From Eukaryota sp. GEM-RC1 (taxonomy: Eukaryota), in assembly GCA_040285855.1 (NCBI GenBank), contig JAUFOQ010000001.1, positions 3,286,001 through 3,350,000 on the forward strand: a stretch of DNA of 64,000 nucleotides. Reading direction: 5' to 3'. The notes under the pieces were generated by a model that was not told the origin of the DNA, searched no databases, and saw only the letters and a list, made by a program, of their open reading frames with translations. A program made the translations under genes and the position numbers. Shown one piece after another: positions 13,721-24,579 of the stretch. The number at the start of each line of letters is the position of its first letter. Position 1 is the first letter of the stretch.

Positions 13721-14310
13721 GGCGAAGGGTAACCACCTCGAGAGAGAGAGATGGTGCATGATGTGTCGCTGAGTCACAACAGAAATCCTGTTGAGTCAAC
13801 AAGTTTCGTGAGTTTTTTTTTCTTGAATTTTGACCTATATCCTCAAGAAGGCTAGTACCTTGCTTTTGGTCATTCTTTTAGCTTCCTCAACTCTCTTTGG
13901 TTGATTTGTCACCAAAATTCTTCTTGTCAAGTTGTATATCGAAAATGAACTATATTAACCAATTTCAGTTCATGAAGCAGTAGCTCGCTCTCTTTCCAAA
14001 TCAATTCTTACTTTTGAATGATTGACGTGCAATGGAACACAGAACACACTTTGTATTGTCCTAGCCATCTATTGTTCAAGAATTTGCAAACAGGTCCTGG
14101 CACTTAATTCGTGGAAGTCGCCATTTCTTTGCACATTGTTGGCCTTCATTGTGGTTCTGTTTAGTGTAGGAAGAAAGTTCCCACACTAAGAATTCCAACC
14201 GTGGTAGTGAGCTTATGTAAGCCCCTTTACAAATTTTATTTTTTAAAAAATTAATGTTAATTGAAAGAAATCATGATTTTTGATATGGAAAGTTATATCA
14301 TTATCTGATT

Positions 14311-15330
14311 TTATATCTGCTTTATGGAAATCTCCCCGACTGTGAAGATTTTTGAAGCCAGAGTGAATGTGAACAATTGTTCCAGGAAAGTGGCATTCAT
14401 TTCAGTTACCCAAAAACACCAATAATGAGACATAGTTTTCTGTTGCTTAGTTAGACCGGGAGTTGATGGTTCGACAGCAATTAAAGTTTCTTGATTCTTG
14501 TCAATTTCTTTTTGAATTGACGATGGATATGACATAATGGAGGCTTGTTTTTTTGGTGGTAATTCAGATGGTGGTAATTCAGATGATTCCAATGTAGACA
14601 TACGGCGGTGAGTCTTTCGTATGGGAGTGTCACCAGTTGATACAAGGGAACTGGTAGTTAGTTTTATCAAAGGTGAACCTGAAATTTCATGTGATAAACT
14701 TTCACTAATTCTGGGTTTACTTTTTTTGGTGCTTAAACCAGTAGGTGCTTTAGAACTAGCAAGCCGCAAACCTGTGAGAGGAATGGAAGTTGTTGGAGGT
14801 TTTCACCGGCAGGAGGTTGAATGGGTAACGACGGTATAATAGGAGCTACTGTGGTTTGACGTTGTTGTAGATGAAGTGTCCTCGGTTGAGACAAGATGTT
14901 CCGAATTTCTTCACGAAATCTGTCTGCTTGAAGTTCACTGTTCACTAGGACCAAATCTGACTCCATGTACATCAGAAACGGAATACACGTGAAAAGTTCA
15001 ATATATTTTTGAATATAAGCAATGACCCCAAAGTCGTTAGCAGACTGTCTTTTATTCACACGCACATAACGGAAATTATGGTGCAAAAAAAGAAATTATA
15101 GAACCATGGCACAAGTACTTCGGATAATATGTCGACAGCTGGTTTTACCATAGACTTACTCATTTCATCGGTAGTTGACATTGGATCAATGAAGATACAT
15201 TCCTTTTCACAACAGTCTATAATGGCTAAACCCCAAAATAATGACAACCAGTGACACCTTCTCTGGAATAATTAGCATTTCTAGTCATGACATCATTAAG
15301 GGGAACAAAGATGTATTTGGAGCCTGTTTT
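14311..15330 (-). pseudogene. Ulp1/SENP8-like (C48) cysteine-protease pseudogene with low-complexity tail
   Basis: Across frameshifts: KYIFVPLND...GCH/WGLAIID...IFIDPM...RQSANDFGV. The QxNxxDCG catalytic Cys position is Phe. Confidence 0.55.
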
Positions 15331-16429
15331 TGATTTTGCTCAACTTTCGTCAACAAAAATTGATCTAGCGCCTCAAAATCTCCACTATTGCTACGTCATC
15401 AACCCATTAACCAGGACAAACTGATTATGGCTGCTTGAGTTACGGGTCCCGGATTGGATTCAATATCACCATCAGAGGTGAGGTCTTTTGGGAACGGAGG
15501 ATGTTAAAGGAATAACACGCGAGATGAGTACTTCATCCGTTCTAAAATAACCCAAATTGATGAGTAATTGACACAAATGACTTACTGTAAGCGAGAACAA
15601 TGTCCTTCGTGTATGTGGTGTTAGAGACAACGATTTTGGCTAATTGCCACAACCATTGAGATCTGGTCTACGTTAGCAAGTTGGTTGTCAGTAGCTACAG
15701 GAATATTTCTAGGACTCCTACTGTAGAGTCTACTGAAGTATTACTTCCGAAAATTAATCTCATAAAACTAACTACTAACTGCTGATACTTATTATTCCTA
15801 ACAATAAAGATAGTCTATTTTCGAAATTCAGGATGAGTTGACTTTAGCTTTCCGTATCATAGAACAGCATCGTTTAAAAAAGACATCGGATACACATAAT
15901 CGATGAATGGTCGATATGGAACAAACACGTACATAGAAGTGAAAAAGATGGGCTTTAATTTCTTTAAGATAGAGGAGACGATCTTTTGGACAGCTGAAAA
16001 TATGTAAGAAACTTCGGCAGGAGAGAGGAGTTGATGGGTGTTGGAAGAAGTTCCTTTTTCGTAAATTCTAATGATGTTGCTTAGGATTGATTATAATTTT
16101 TATTATCGTAGATTCACTGCTCCGTATTAATTACATGTTTCCTAAGTTCCGTTAAGAAATGTATTCCATTTAAACACCAAAAGTGGAAAATCAACAAGAA
16201 AAAATCATATGCTAACTAGTTGTTATGTAGTGGTCTTTCTCCACATTTACCCACTTTTGGAGACATTCTTCACTGGTGGATACCTTCTCGTCCATCAAAG
16301 AAAACTTTGGACCAATTCTTTGACAACCTAAAACGCCCAGAATTAAATCTCTGTTAACTCATGATGTTACTCGTTTTGCCACCAATTAACGATTCTGCCA
16401 GAAATAAGTTTGAGTAAAGTGTTTCTGAC

Positions 16430-16640
16430 ATTTATTGGAACTCTTGTGTTGCTCACTGTCTTGATTTGTTTCTTGAAGATCTTGAATCCGTATCATTGGC
16501 AAAAGGCGTGTTTCAAGATACAATCAAGTTAATTAAATTTGTGAAGAATGAAAAAGTGTTGTCATTATTCCGAAAGTGTAGTAATGCAGAACTTCTGAAA
16601 CCAGCAGCAACAAGATTTGGAACCAATGTCATATCGTCAT
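16430..16640 (+). mobile_element. hAT transposase (DUF659-type) remnant
   Basis: SCVAHCLDLFLEDL...ELLKPAATRFGTN matches the CxAHCxDLxLED / LxRPxxTRF motifs. Confidence 0.8.
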
Positions 16641-16874
16641 CCCAATTTCGATATTGCTGTGGATTGTTCTACGTTGTTGACAACACGATTTGCTATTCGC
16701 ACGTACTGCTTCTGAAGTCAAGTCTCACCCTCAAGCAGATTACCGATTCCGTTTCTCGTATGGTGCAGGAATTTTGAAAGGGTTGATCGAACTACAATCA
16801 AAAAGTGGGTCAACGGCTGGTTCTCTTCTACTCCTGAAAATAGAAAAGTTTCTGCGTTCTCTGTCAAAGTCGGA

Positions 16875-17342
16875 GTGGATAATGTCAGTTCGAAAGAGTA
16901 TAACCAATATCTAAAAACAACAGACAAAGCAGAAGCTCGGTCAGTAACCGTCGGACATTTACAACAAGAAAATCCCTCGATTGATGCTTCTGACGCAGCA
17001 TGGGCTAGCTGGGCTAGCCTATATGCTGAAGACCCAACTGTAACAACCACCGCCATTCCATCTAAGATCTGTCAGCTTTTTACTAAACCTGGTGCACCAA
17101 TTGATAATGATGATGAGTCACAAAAGGAAAATGATGCAATATATCAATTGATTGCTAAACAAGTGATTGATGCTAATAAAGCATCAGTCAAATTGATGAA
17201 AATTCGGACTGAAAACTTCGTGGCTGTAATTCCAAGCTTGATAAGAACAGCCAGAAAAAGAGTGTCTTCCGATGCTCGCTTGAGCAAAGAAGTAATTACT
17301 CAAATGAAGAAATTAAATAATGGTCCGAATAGTCATTTTTAA
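16875..17342 (+). CDS. Uncharacterised ORF, possibly transposon-derived
   Basis: 155-codon open frame with plausible composition, GTG start only, no recognised motif. Confidence 0.25.
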   Translation: MDNVSSKEYNQYLKTTDKAEARSVTVGHLQQENPSIDASDAAWASWASLYAEDPTVTTTAIPSKICQLFTKPGAPIDNDDESQKENDAIYQLIAKQVIDANKASVKLMKIRTENFVAVIPSLIRTARKRVSSDARLSKEVITQMKKLNNGPNSHF

Positions 17343-17499
17343 AATTGTATTATATTATCTATTTCATTTTATCTTATTATTTCACTGATAATAGCTAGTG
17401 ATGATTATATATTTTATTGACAAATGAAAGTTTATTATTCACCTAAGACAGACTGCAGTTGAGGCTTTGTTAAATATGGAGATCTATAGATCTTATATT

Positions 17500-17920
17500 G
17501 CTTCCATCCAGCGTTGGACAATATTCTTGAACAATCGTACCTCATATGGTTTTTCAAAACCATATTTAGTAATTGAATTCGGTCAAGATGAGCAAAACTG
17601 GGAGCAACTCTTCGAACTCTTTTTTAAATGACCCAAAAAAAGTTTCAATAGGATTTTGCTCAGGGCAATAAGGTGGTAATTTAAAATAGTACACCCAGCC
17701 TTCCGCATTGCCTCTGTAATATGATGATCGATGTGAATCCGACAACCATCAAGTACAGAACAGCTTCTAGGTCCACCGGTTGTACTAAGGAAGCCTAAAC
17801 GACGGAGAGAAAGAAGAAAACCAATAAACTGGTGCCGGTCAAAGTGACCTTTTTGGATGTGAGCATGAACAAAACCGTTGACATCCATTGCCACACAGGC
17901 TGAGATCTGTGGTGCAAGAT
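17500..17920 (-). mobile_element. IS630/Tc1-mariner (DDE_3) transposase remnant
   Basis: VLDGCRIH, then after a frameshift LPPYCPEQNPIETFFGSFKK (LPPYSPDLNPIE motif). Confidence 0.85.
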
Positions 17921-18299
17921 GTGGTGCATTTACCCAAAGTCAAAAACAATTGACAACACCAATTTATTGCGATACCAAAAAATTGTTGTCATTGTCATTA
18001 TTCAACTAAATATTACAAATAACCAAATGAATAGCGAAATTTACTCTCACTATCATGATTTGGGGTTAGAACATAAAGATATTCAAATAAACATGACGAT
18101 TCTCAATTATTCTCGTCATTTTAGGGTGTATGATGACATCATGTGTTTACTGTATTACAACAATCATATTAACGTCAATTTCCTTGGTTTCATCATAAAT
18201 AGTCTCACTTAGGGTGGGAACAACCTCAATGGAGGACTATACATAAGATCGAGCCTATAACAAACTTTTTAACCACAACTAGACTTAGCTAAGTTTGAA

Positions 18300-19560
18300 A
18301 CCTCTTTCTTGTTGCTTCATGTAAATAAGTATATCAAAAGCTATGTCCGCGAATTCCATTTCAAATCGATTTCACATCACCATTCACATTGCTTTCAAAC
18401 CCTCTCACATTATGTTATCCATAACTCCCACAAACAGGTCCTATTCTGTGTCCAAAAACCAAATAGACACGTGGCATGAATAGATGTAAGATAAAGACAT
18501 GATCTCTTTTGAATTTATTGAATAGCGGATGATTGGTTCGACTTATTAAGTAACCGACAGAAAGAAAAAGATGAAGACAAGATGCATTTGTACACTCCCA
18601 AATCAAATAACAAATTATGCCCAGTCGTCTCATGTTCAACAGTTCGGAAATCACGAGATGTTAAAACAACAACTCTCAGTCAGGTCATCACAGTGAGTGT
18701 TGATTAGGACAACAAATGTATAAATAACACGTATCGTACAATCCTCGCAAGTATTCAAGTCTGAGAGGTCATATATCAGTCCTTGACAGACGAAGTTCAA
18801 TGGTAGCAGTCATAAGTATCTTAAAAGTGGGAAAAACAAAAGGTGAACAACAAAAAGGTGTGAAATGAAAGTGATCACTTAACACTGGTAGACAAGGTTG
18901 TTGTAATCATCAACGATGATGGTGGGGTGACTGTTGAAGAGAGGTTTAGAGTAGGCAAGGCGAGGATCATGACTGAGGTTGCTGTTTAGTCGACAACTTC
19001 TTCATCTTGGGTTAACGCTAATTCGATCTTAGTTCTAGAAGCGGGACGAACGACGTCGATTTGACGAAGGATGAAGTAACCATCATTGGAGATTTGAAGG
19101 ATATAGAATCGACAAACAGATTAAGCATATACACTGAGAAAAGAGGAGATAACGATGTCCCCGGATTTGATTTTAGTTTCGGCGATGATAGAGAGTTGAT
19201 CATTGTGTTAGAGTGGAAGTAAGATGAATGGAGGAAACGCAAGATTATCAACAGAAGTGATACAGAGTAGTAAAAGACAACCATCAAGGACTCTTGTAGA
19301 CTGAAGCATTCAACATAAGGACATTTCATGGTTCAGCAGACTTGTTCAAATTGTGAGGATTGTGTTGTGTATATGTCTTTTGATAAGTATGTTCAAGATG
19401 TTACTCAATGATGCAACATGACCAAAAAGGTAGAAGTGGTTGATAGGAATTGAAGGAAGGTCTTTCAAGGAAGATTCTTGCAGCATGTTTGGTCCAAACA
19501 GTTTGGAGGTTGAGTTTCAACCATACTTTTCAATTACTGGGTTTTTGGATCAGGAATTCC
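18300..19560 (-). mobile_element. LINE (L1/Tx1-like) ORF2 C-terminal remnant
   Basis: GIPDP at ~19550 and a C-terminal HNLLFD..LWELW motif; repeated at 12330-12990. Confidence 0.5.
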
Positions 19561-19594
19561 TAGAATTACTACATAAAATAGAACACAATTACTA

Positions 19595-19657
19595 AAAAAT
19601 AGAACACAATTCAAGTAAGTTGAAACTTTCGACTTGCTTGAATTGTGTTCTATTTTT
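19595..19657. repeat. 63-bp near-perfect palindrome
   Basis: 31-bp arms AAAAATAGAACACAATTCAAGTAAGTTGAAA / TTTCGACTTGCTTGAATTGTGTTCTATTTTT with 2 mismatches and a 1-nt spacer. Confidence 0.9.
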
Positions 19658-21020
19658 GCTGAATCCAATAAATATTTTTCATGTGTTTCATGGCTTGTCT
19701 GTATTCAGGACATTGCTAACCCGTTTCTACACGGTGCTTTTGATGTGTTCATTTTTGAAATTGTTTCTAATTGAGATCGCTTATTTGGGGCTGATGTTAC
19801 ATTTTGTCAGTTATTCGACCATTGTTGGTAGCGTTTTTTGGTAGAAAAGCTGAAAATATCATTCAAGTCAAATAGTATTCCAGTTGAATCAAGGAATAGA
19901 TTTCTACCTTTTGTGGAAAGTATGGCAGGTAAATGTCTTTGTCTAGACATCTTTTGTCTAGCATCATCTTGGACTGTTCATGTTTCGGTCCTAACTGGAC
20001 GGAATTATTTTGAAACCACTTTGGAACTAGTATGTTCGAACCAAGGAATATCCAGATACATTATAAAAACAAGTGATATCATTTATCCACATTGCATCAA
20101 CAAATGCGTTTTTGCACGCATTCTGGCTCTTGAAGACCGACCCATTTTGATTGAGAAATATACTCCAAAGATACTACATGTACACTACTACTGTAGTTAT
20201 TCCACATCTCATTTAGAAGCACTTTGGGGCAAAGCTAGACCAGTGTTTTGAGGCTATGAGATGTGCCAGGAATGAGGAATTGGTTTGATAAAGATTTGTA
20301 TTTTCATTAAATACCACGAAAAAAAATGGGTGTTGAAATCGGAACATTGGGCGCATTTGACTAGAGTTGCAAACGACAACATGAAATCAATTGGTTTATG
20401 AACAATTAAAACTGCTCTAAGTTTATCAAATACAAAACACGTATTTAAATGATGATTTCATGTAAGTTACTATCACATTTGAATCAGAAGTAGCGCGATC
20501 ATAGAAAAAAGGGCAGTGGGATTCTTCAATCAGATGTTTCAGTCTCTACAATCATTATGTTGAAGATTGATCCCTGATGTGATTAAAAATCAATGTGTTT
20601 CTATCAGTAGTTCACTTTTCTACATATGCTATGTTTTTATCACTATTTCTATTGTTCTTCTATTTTGATGATTTATGAATAACTATAAATTCCGCCTGAC
20701 TGTTACTGTATTAGCCTAATTAAAAATGCATTGTAATGGTGTTGCATTTGGTACGCTTCTACAACGAACTGTTGTGTAGCCAAATAACTAGATATAATTA
20801 GCAATAACAATGATCAAGGTGACTCATGGGCCAGCCAGCCAGTATGTGATGCATTTAAGCCAAAGCCTGCTGGTCCAGAACTAATAAGGACTAAAGCCAG
20901 CTGGCCGGAAGTACTAGACCAAGCCCGGAGTAAAATGTGGATCACCAACCACATGCACTAACTAGAAAATCCATTAATGATCTAACCCTCTTCAATTCTG
21001 CTGTTTGTCTCTTTCATCAT

Positions 21021-23462
21021 ATGTATCATATAACAGTGCCCTCCAATTCTGTTAACATCGTTTCCCAGCTCTTTCTCAACAAACAAAAGGAGTTTCTCAC
21101 CGACAAGTTTATCGTGTTCCACGGTCAATCCTATCCTTGTCACTCTTCTTTTCTCTCATCCTTCAGTTCAGTCTTTAAAGAGAAGCTACTCAGCTCCGAT
21201 CATGAAGTAAACTTCCCCGAATTACAGTCTATTGTTCCCGATGCCGATCTATTCTTCCAAATCCTAGACTACTGTTATGGACAACCCTTGGAACTTACTT
21301 TTGATAACATGGCTAATGTCCTCTCAATATGCTCTGTTCTTGACCTTTCCTCTTTGAAAGATTCCATCCATAATGTTATGTCTGAAAGATCTTCCAAACC
21401 ACGTTGTCTTCAGTTGAAGTCTGAAGAAGTCTTGCATACTATTCAATCAAGTGTTCAACGAGATGTTATGCTCTCGTATACGACTAAATCATTAACCATT
21501 AGCTCTTTGGTCTTGATTTGTTCTTCTGAATATTTTAAAAATCTGTTCTGTTTTAATCTTTCTGGTTCAGACGGTCGAATATTCTCTTACAATGGCGAAA
21601 TTTATCGTGTTTCACATTCAAATTTTGAGTCTTTTTTTAATTTTTTCCTTGGTGAATCAATAAGTCTTAATATCAACAATGTCGTTGATTTCTACCAATT
21701 GTCAGAATTTTTTGGAGTAAACAATCTGAAAGAAGCATGTAATTCCTTTGTTTCATCCCTAACGTCAACGAGAGATATACTTAGTTTATTGAAAACTATT
21801 TCAGAGCGAAATTTTGTCAATATGTTACAAGACAATAAAAAGATTTTCGGAAAATTACTCAAAGATGTACCATCTCATTTCCCTTTACCTCTTTCATTCA
21901 TCTCTCTTCTAATTGAGGTTGTGTCAAATTCTTGGTTGTTGGAATGTTTGACTTTATCTATCACCAGTGAAGTTTTTGAGGAAAACGACCATACTCTGAG
22001 CCAAATATTTGAAAAAATCATAGTGAATGACCAAAATATCAATGAAATATATACTTACTTACGTCCATTTTTTGATGAGGATCACCTCTGTCAATTCCTA
22101 TTACCTTTTTCAATGAAAATCTTTCAGGGGGTTCACAATGTTCGCATCATTCCTGATGATTGGTTTTTGTGGTGTTTATCTCAAAGTTGTTTGAATCATG
22201 AAAGAAACAAGCCGGATATTGATTTTCTGGATAAACACTTTTCGACGGTTATCGATTCCAAGTATTTATCCGAAATTTATGATGATGATGATGAATCTTT
22301 TGATCCTTTTTATCCATATCTTACCCCTCGATTTTTCAAAAAATTAAAAAATACCTTGCCTCGTTCTTATGATTTGTTTCTCATTAGATGTTTTGTCAAA
22401 ACATGGGAAGATACCGATCTATGGACCGCAACAAATTTTGAAAAGGAAATTCTAAATGTTAACTTTCAGTCCAATACACACAGTATGCAAATTTTAAATT
22501 CTCTCTCAGAATTGAAAAATGATTCACAACTCGACCCTTTTCTTCCAGCATTCTTGTCAAAGCAAACGTCATGGATTGTCAGTCAACACTTGAGATCACG
22601 TTCTGGTATAAGCGCAAAAGGATACAAACCAAGAGCCAAAAGTGCTAATGCATATGACTTTCATGATGAACGCTACAAAGCTGAGGAAGATCCTCTTATT
22701 GACACACTTAAAGTAGTTACCGGTTTGTTGAACAAACTATCACAATCTAACAAAGTTAAGATCTTCAGTAGTGTCACAGATATCTTTAAGAGACAACATC
22801 CTTGTTCTTTGCTATTGTCTGAAAGTCAACTTGAAGAGTTTTGGTCAAAGTTTGTCAGTCTTCTGTTTGACAAAGCTGTGATGGAACCTGTTTTTGTCAA
22901 TCTGTACTCCGAGCTTTGCACTTTTATATCCAAACTATTTCCTGGATTTTCTTCTTCATTAGTAGCTCAATGTCAGACCAACTTTGAAAAATTCTTTATT
23001 GCGGACACTGACGTCTCAACGGAGATCGATGATATAATTCAACAATTAAAAAGGAATCGTTTTGTTGACGGCAAAGAAATGACTGAAGTTCAAGTTGAAA
23101 AGCAAAAGACTTTCAGAGAAAACAAGTTGAAGGCAAAGGTTTTGGGCAATGTTGAATTTGTTGCTTCTTTAATTCTTCACTCAGTTATCCCTCCAGGAGT
23201 AGCTTCATCAATTACTAGACAATTAGTTGAAAAATTCCAACAACCAATGGCAATTCAAGGTCTTGTAACTCTGTGGACTAAGCTACTTGAATCAGCTGGC
23301 ATCAATGATTATATTGAGAATGTTGTGGCTAAACATATCCGTGATTTCTCCTGGTCTTGGGATATTCCTGTAAAAGAACGTTGTCTATGTGCTAATTGGA
23401 TGGTCTATTTCAATGAAAAGCAACGAATGCAAGACCAAATGATCAAACAGCTCAAGTCTTAG
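21021..23462 (+). CDS. Tandem-BTB/POZ protein with C-terminal eIF4G-like MIF4G domain
   Basis: Intact frame (open from 20937; first ATG 21021). BTB motifs FHGQSYPCHSSFLSSFSSVF and LVLICSSEYFKNLF. MIF4G motifs GLLNKLS, FDKAVMEPVFVNLYSELC, LVAQCQTNFE, KVLGNVEFVASL. Confidence 0.85.
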   Translation: MYHITVPSNSVNIVSQLFLNKQKEFLTDKFIVFHGQSYPCHSSFLSSFSSVFKEKLLSSDHEVNFPELQSIVPDADLFFQILDYCYGQPLELTFDNMANVLSICSVLDLSSLKDSIHNVMSERSSKPRCLQLKSEEVLHTIQSSVQRDVMLSYTTKSLTISSLVLICSSEYFKNLFCFNLSGSDGRIFSYNGEIYRVSHSNFESFFNFFLGESISLNINNVVDFYQLSEFFGVNNLKEACNSFVSSLTSTRDILSLLKTISERNFVNMLQDNKKIFGKLLKDVPSHFPLPLSFISLLIEVVSNSWLLECLTLSITSEVFEENDHTLSQIFEKIIVNDQNINEIYTYLRPFFDEDHLCQFLLPFSMKIFQGVHNVRIIPDDWFLWCLSQSCLNHERNKPDIDFLDKHFSTVIDSKYLSEIYDDDDESFDPFYPYLTPRFFKKLKNTLPRSYDLFLIRCFVKTWEDTDLWTATNFEKEILNVNFQSNTHSMQILNSLSELKNDSQLDPFLPAFLSKQTSWIVSQHLRSRSGISAKGYKPRAKSANAYDFHDERYKAEEDPLIDTLKVVTGLLNKLSQSNKVKIFSSVTDIFKRQHPCSLLLSESQLEEFWSKFVSLLFDKAVMEPVFVNLYSELCTFISKLFPGFSSSLVAQCQTNFEKFFIADTDVSTEIDDIIQQLKRNRFVDGKEMTEVQVEKQKTFRENKLKAKVLGNVEFVASLILHSVIPPGVASSITRQLVEKFQQPMAIQGLVTLWTKLLESAGINDYIENVVAKHIRDFSWSWDIPVKERCLCANWMVYFNEKQRMQDQMIKQLKS

Positions 23463-24579
23463 TCTCTTCAGGATTGACTTCATCTTAACTGAAGAAAATC
23501 CTCTAACACTATTTAAATTGTACATTGTCATTACAATAATTACAATGAATCTATTGGTGATATACAAACCCCTTGATGTTATTTACAAATTATGAGTAGT
23601 AACACCGATTTTCATAAAAGACTCCAATACCGTACAATTTGGTGCGAATGTAGTATTTGAAATTATTGATAAAATAAGAACTGTACATGCATTTACTTTG
23701 ATTTTCCTCAAGTACTCACTTTAATTTAAGAACATCAAACGGTTCTCACCTCAATCACAACAGTATGGAAGAAAGTAAGTAGAACGTGGGTTCTACAAAT
23801 TAACAATAACTATTATCGAATAATATAGAAGGAGAGTGGGTAGCTCACTTGCTTTTTACATCTATGTATTCTCTAGCTTCGGTTCAAAACAAAACCATAT
23901 ACACTAGAATGAATTGTTCCTTGTGAGCTTACCAATCACATATTGTTACCATAATGTGAGAACAGTCAATAATCGACATTAAAATGTAAGTACTGTCACC
24001 ACTCCAAATGACTGCTTTTGATCGTAGGTTCTTACTTCCAATAAACACCATTGTCTTTCTTTTGACAGCAATATTTTTTTTTCCAATTGTTGACAATTGT
24101 TCGACAGAGATAAGACATTGTAATTATACAGTAGTCCGAAGTCAACTTGAGTTGGATGGAAATCTGAATCGATCCATCTGGTTAAGGACGGTGAGTGTAA
24201 TGATTTTGAGGCTATCACATTGTTGTAATTTACGTATCAGACCATTGACTGTAATGAAGCCACAGAAAGTGTGGGTGATGACTGCTTCATAGTTTTTACA
24301 CTGTTACTTAAGTATGTCTGTTTTATCTATGGTCATATTCTAAAAACAACACTTCTGGAGACAACAAAGATAAACTGATGCTGAAAAGCCAGAATCAATC
24401 GGTCAAAAGTACTAACACCACGACCACATGAACAAAAACTCTTGTAAAGTCACACGACTGCTTCAAAAGAAGACAGCTTCACAGGTACAGAGTAGATGAA
24501 TTGCAAAAATGAGTTTAGACTGGCAAATTGCTGTCAACAAGTGTTCAAAAAATATTTAAATTCACCACTACTTTTAACC

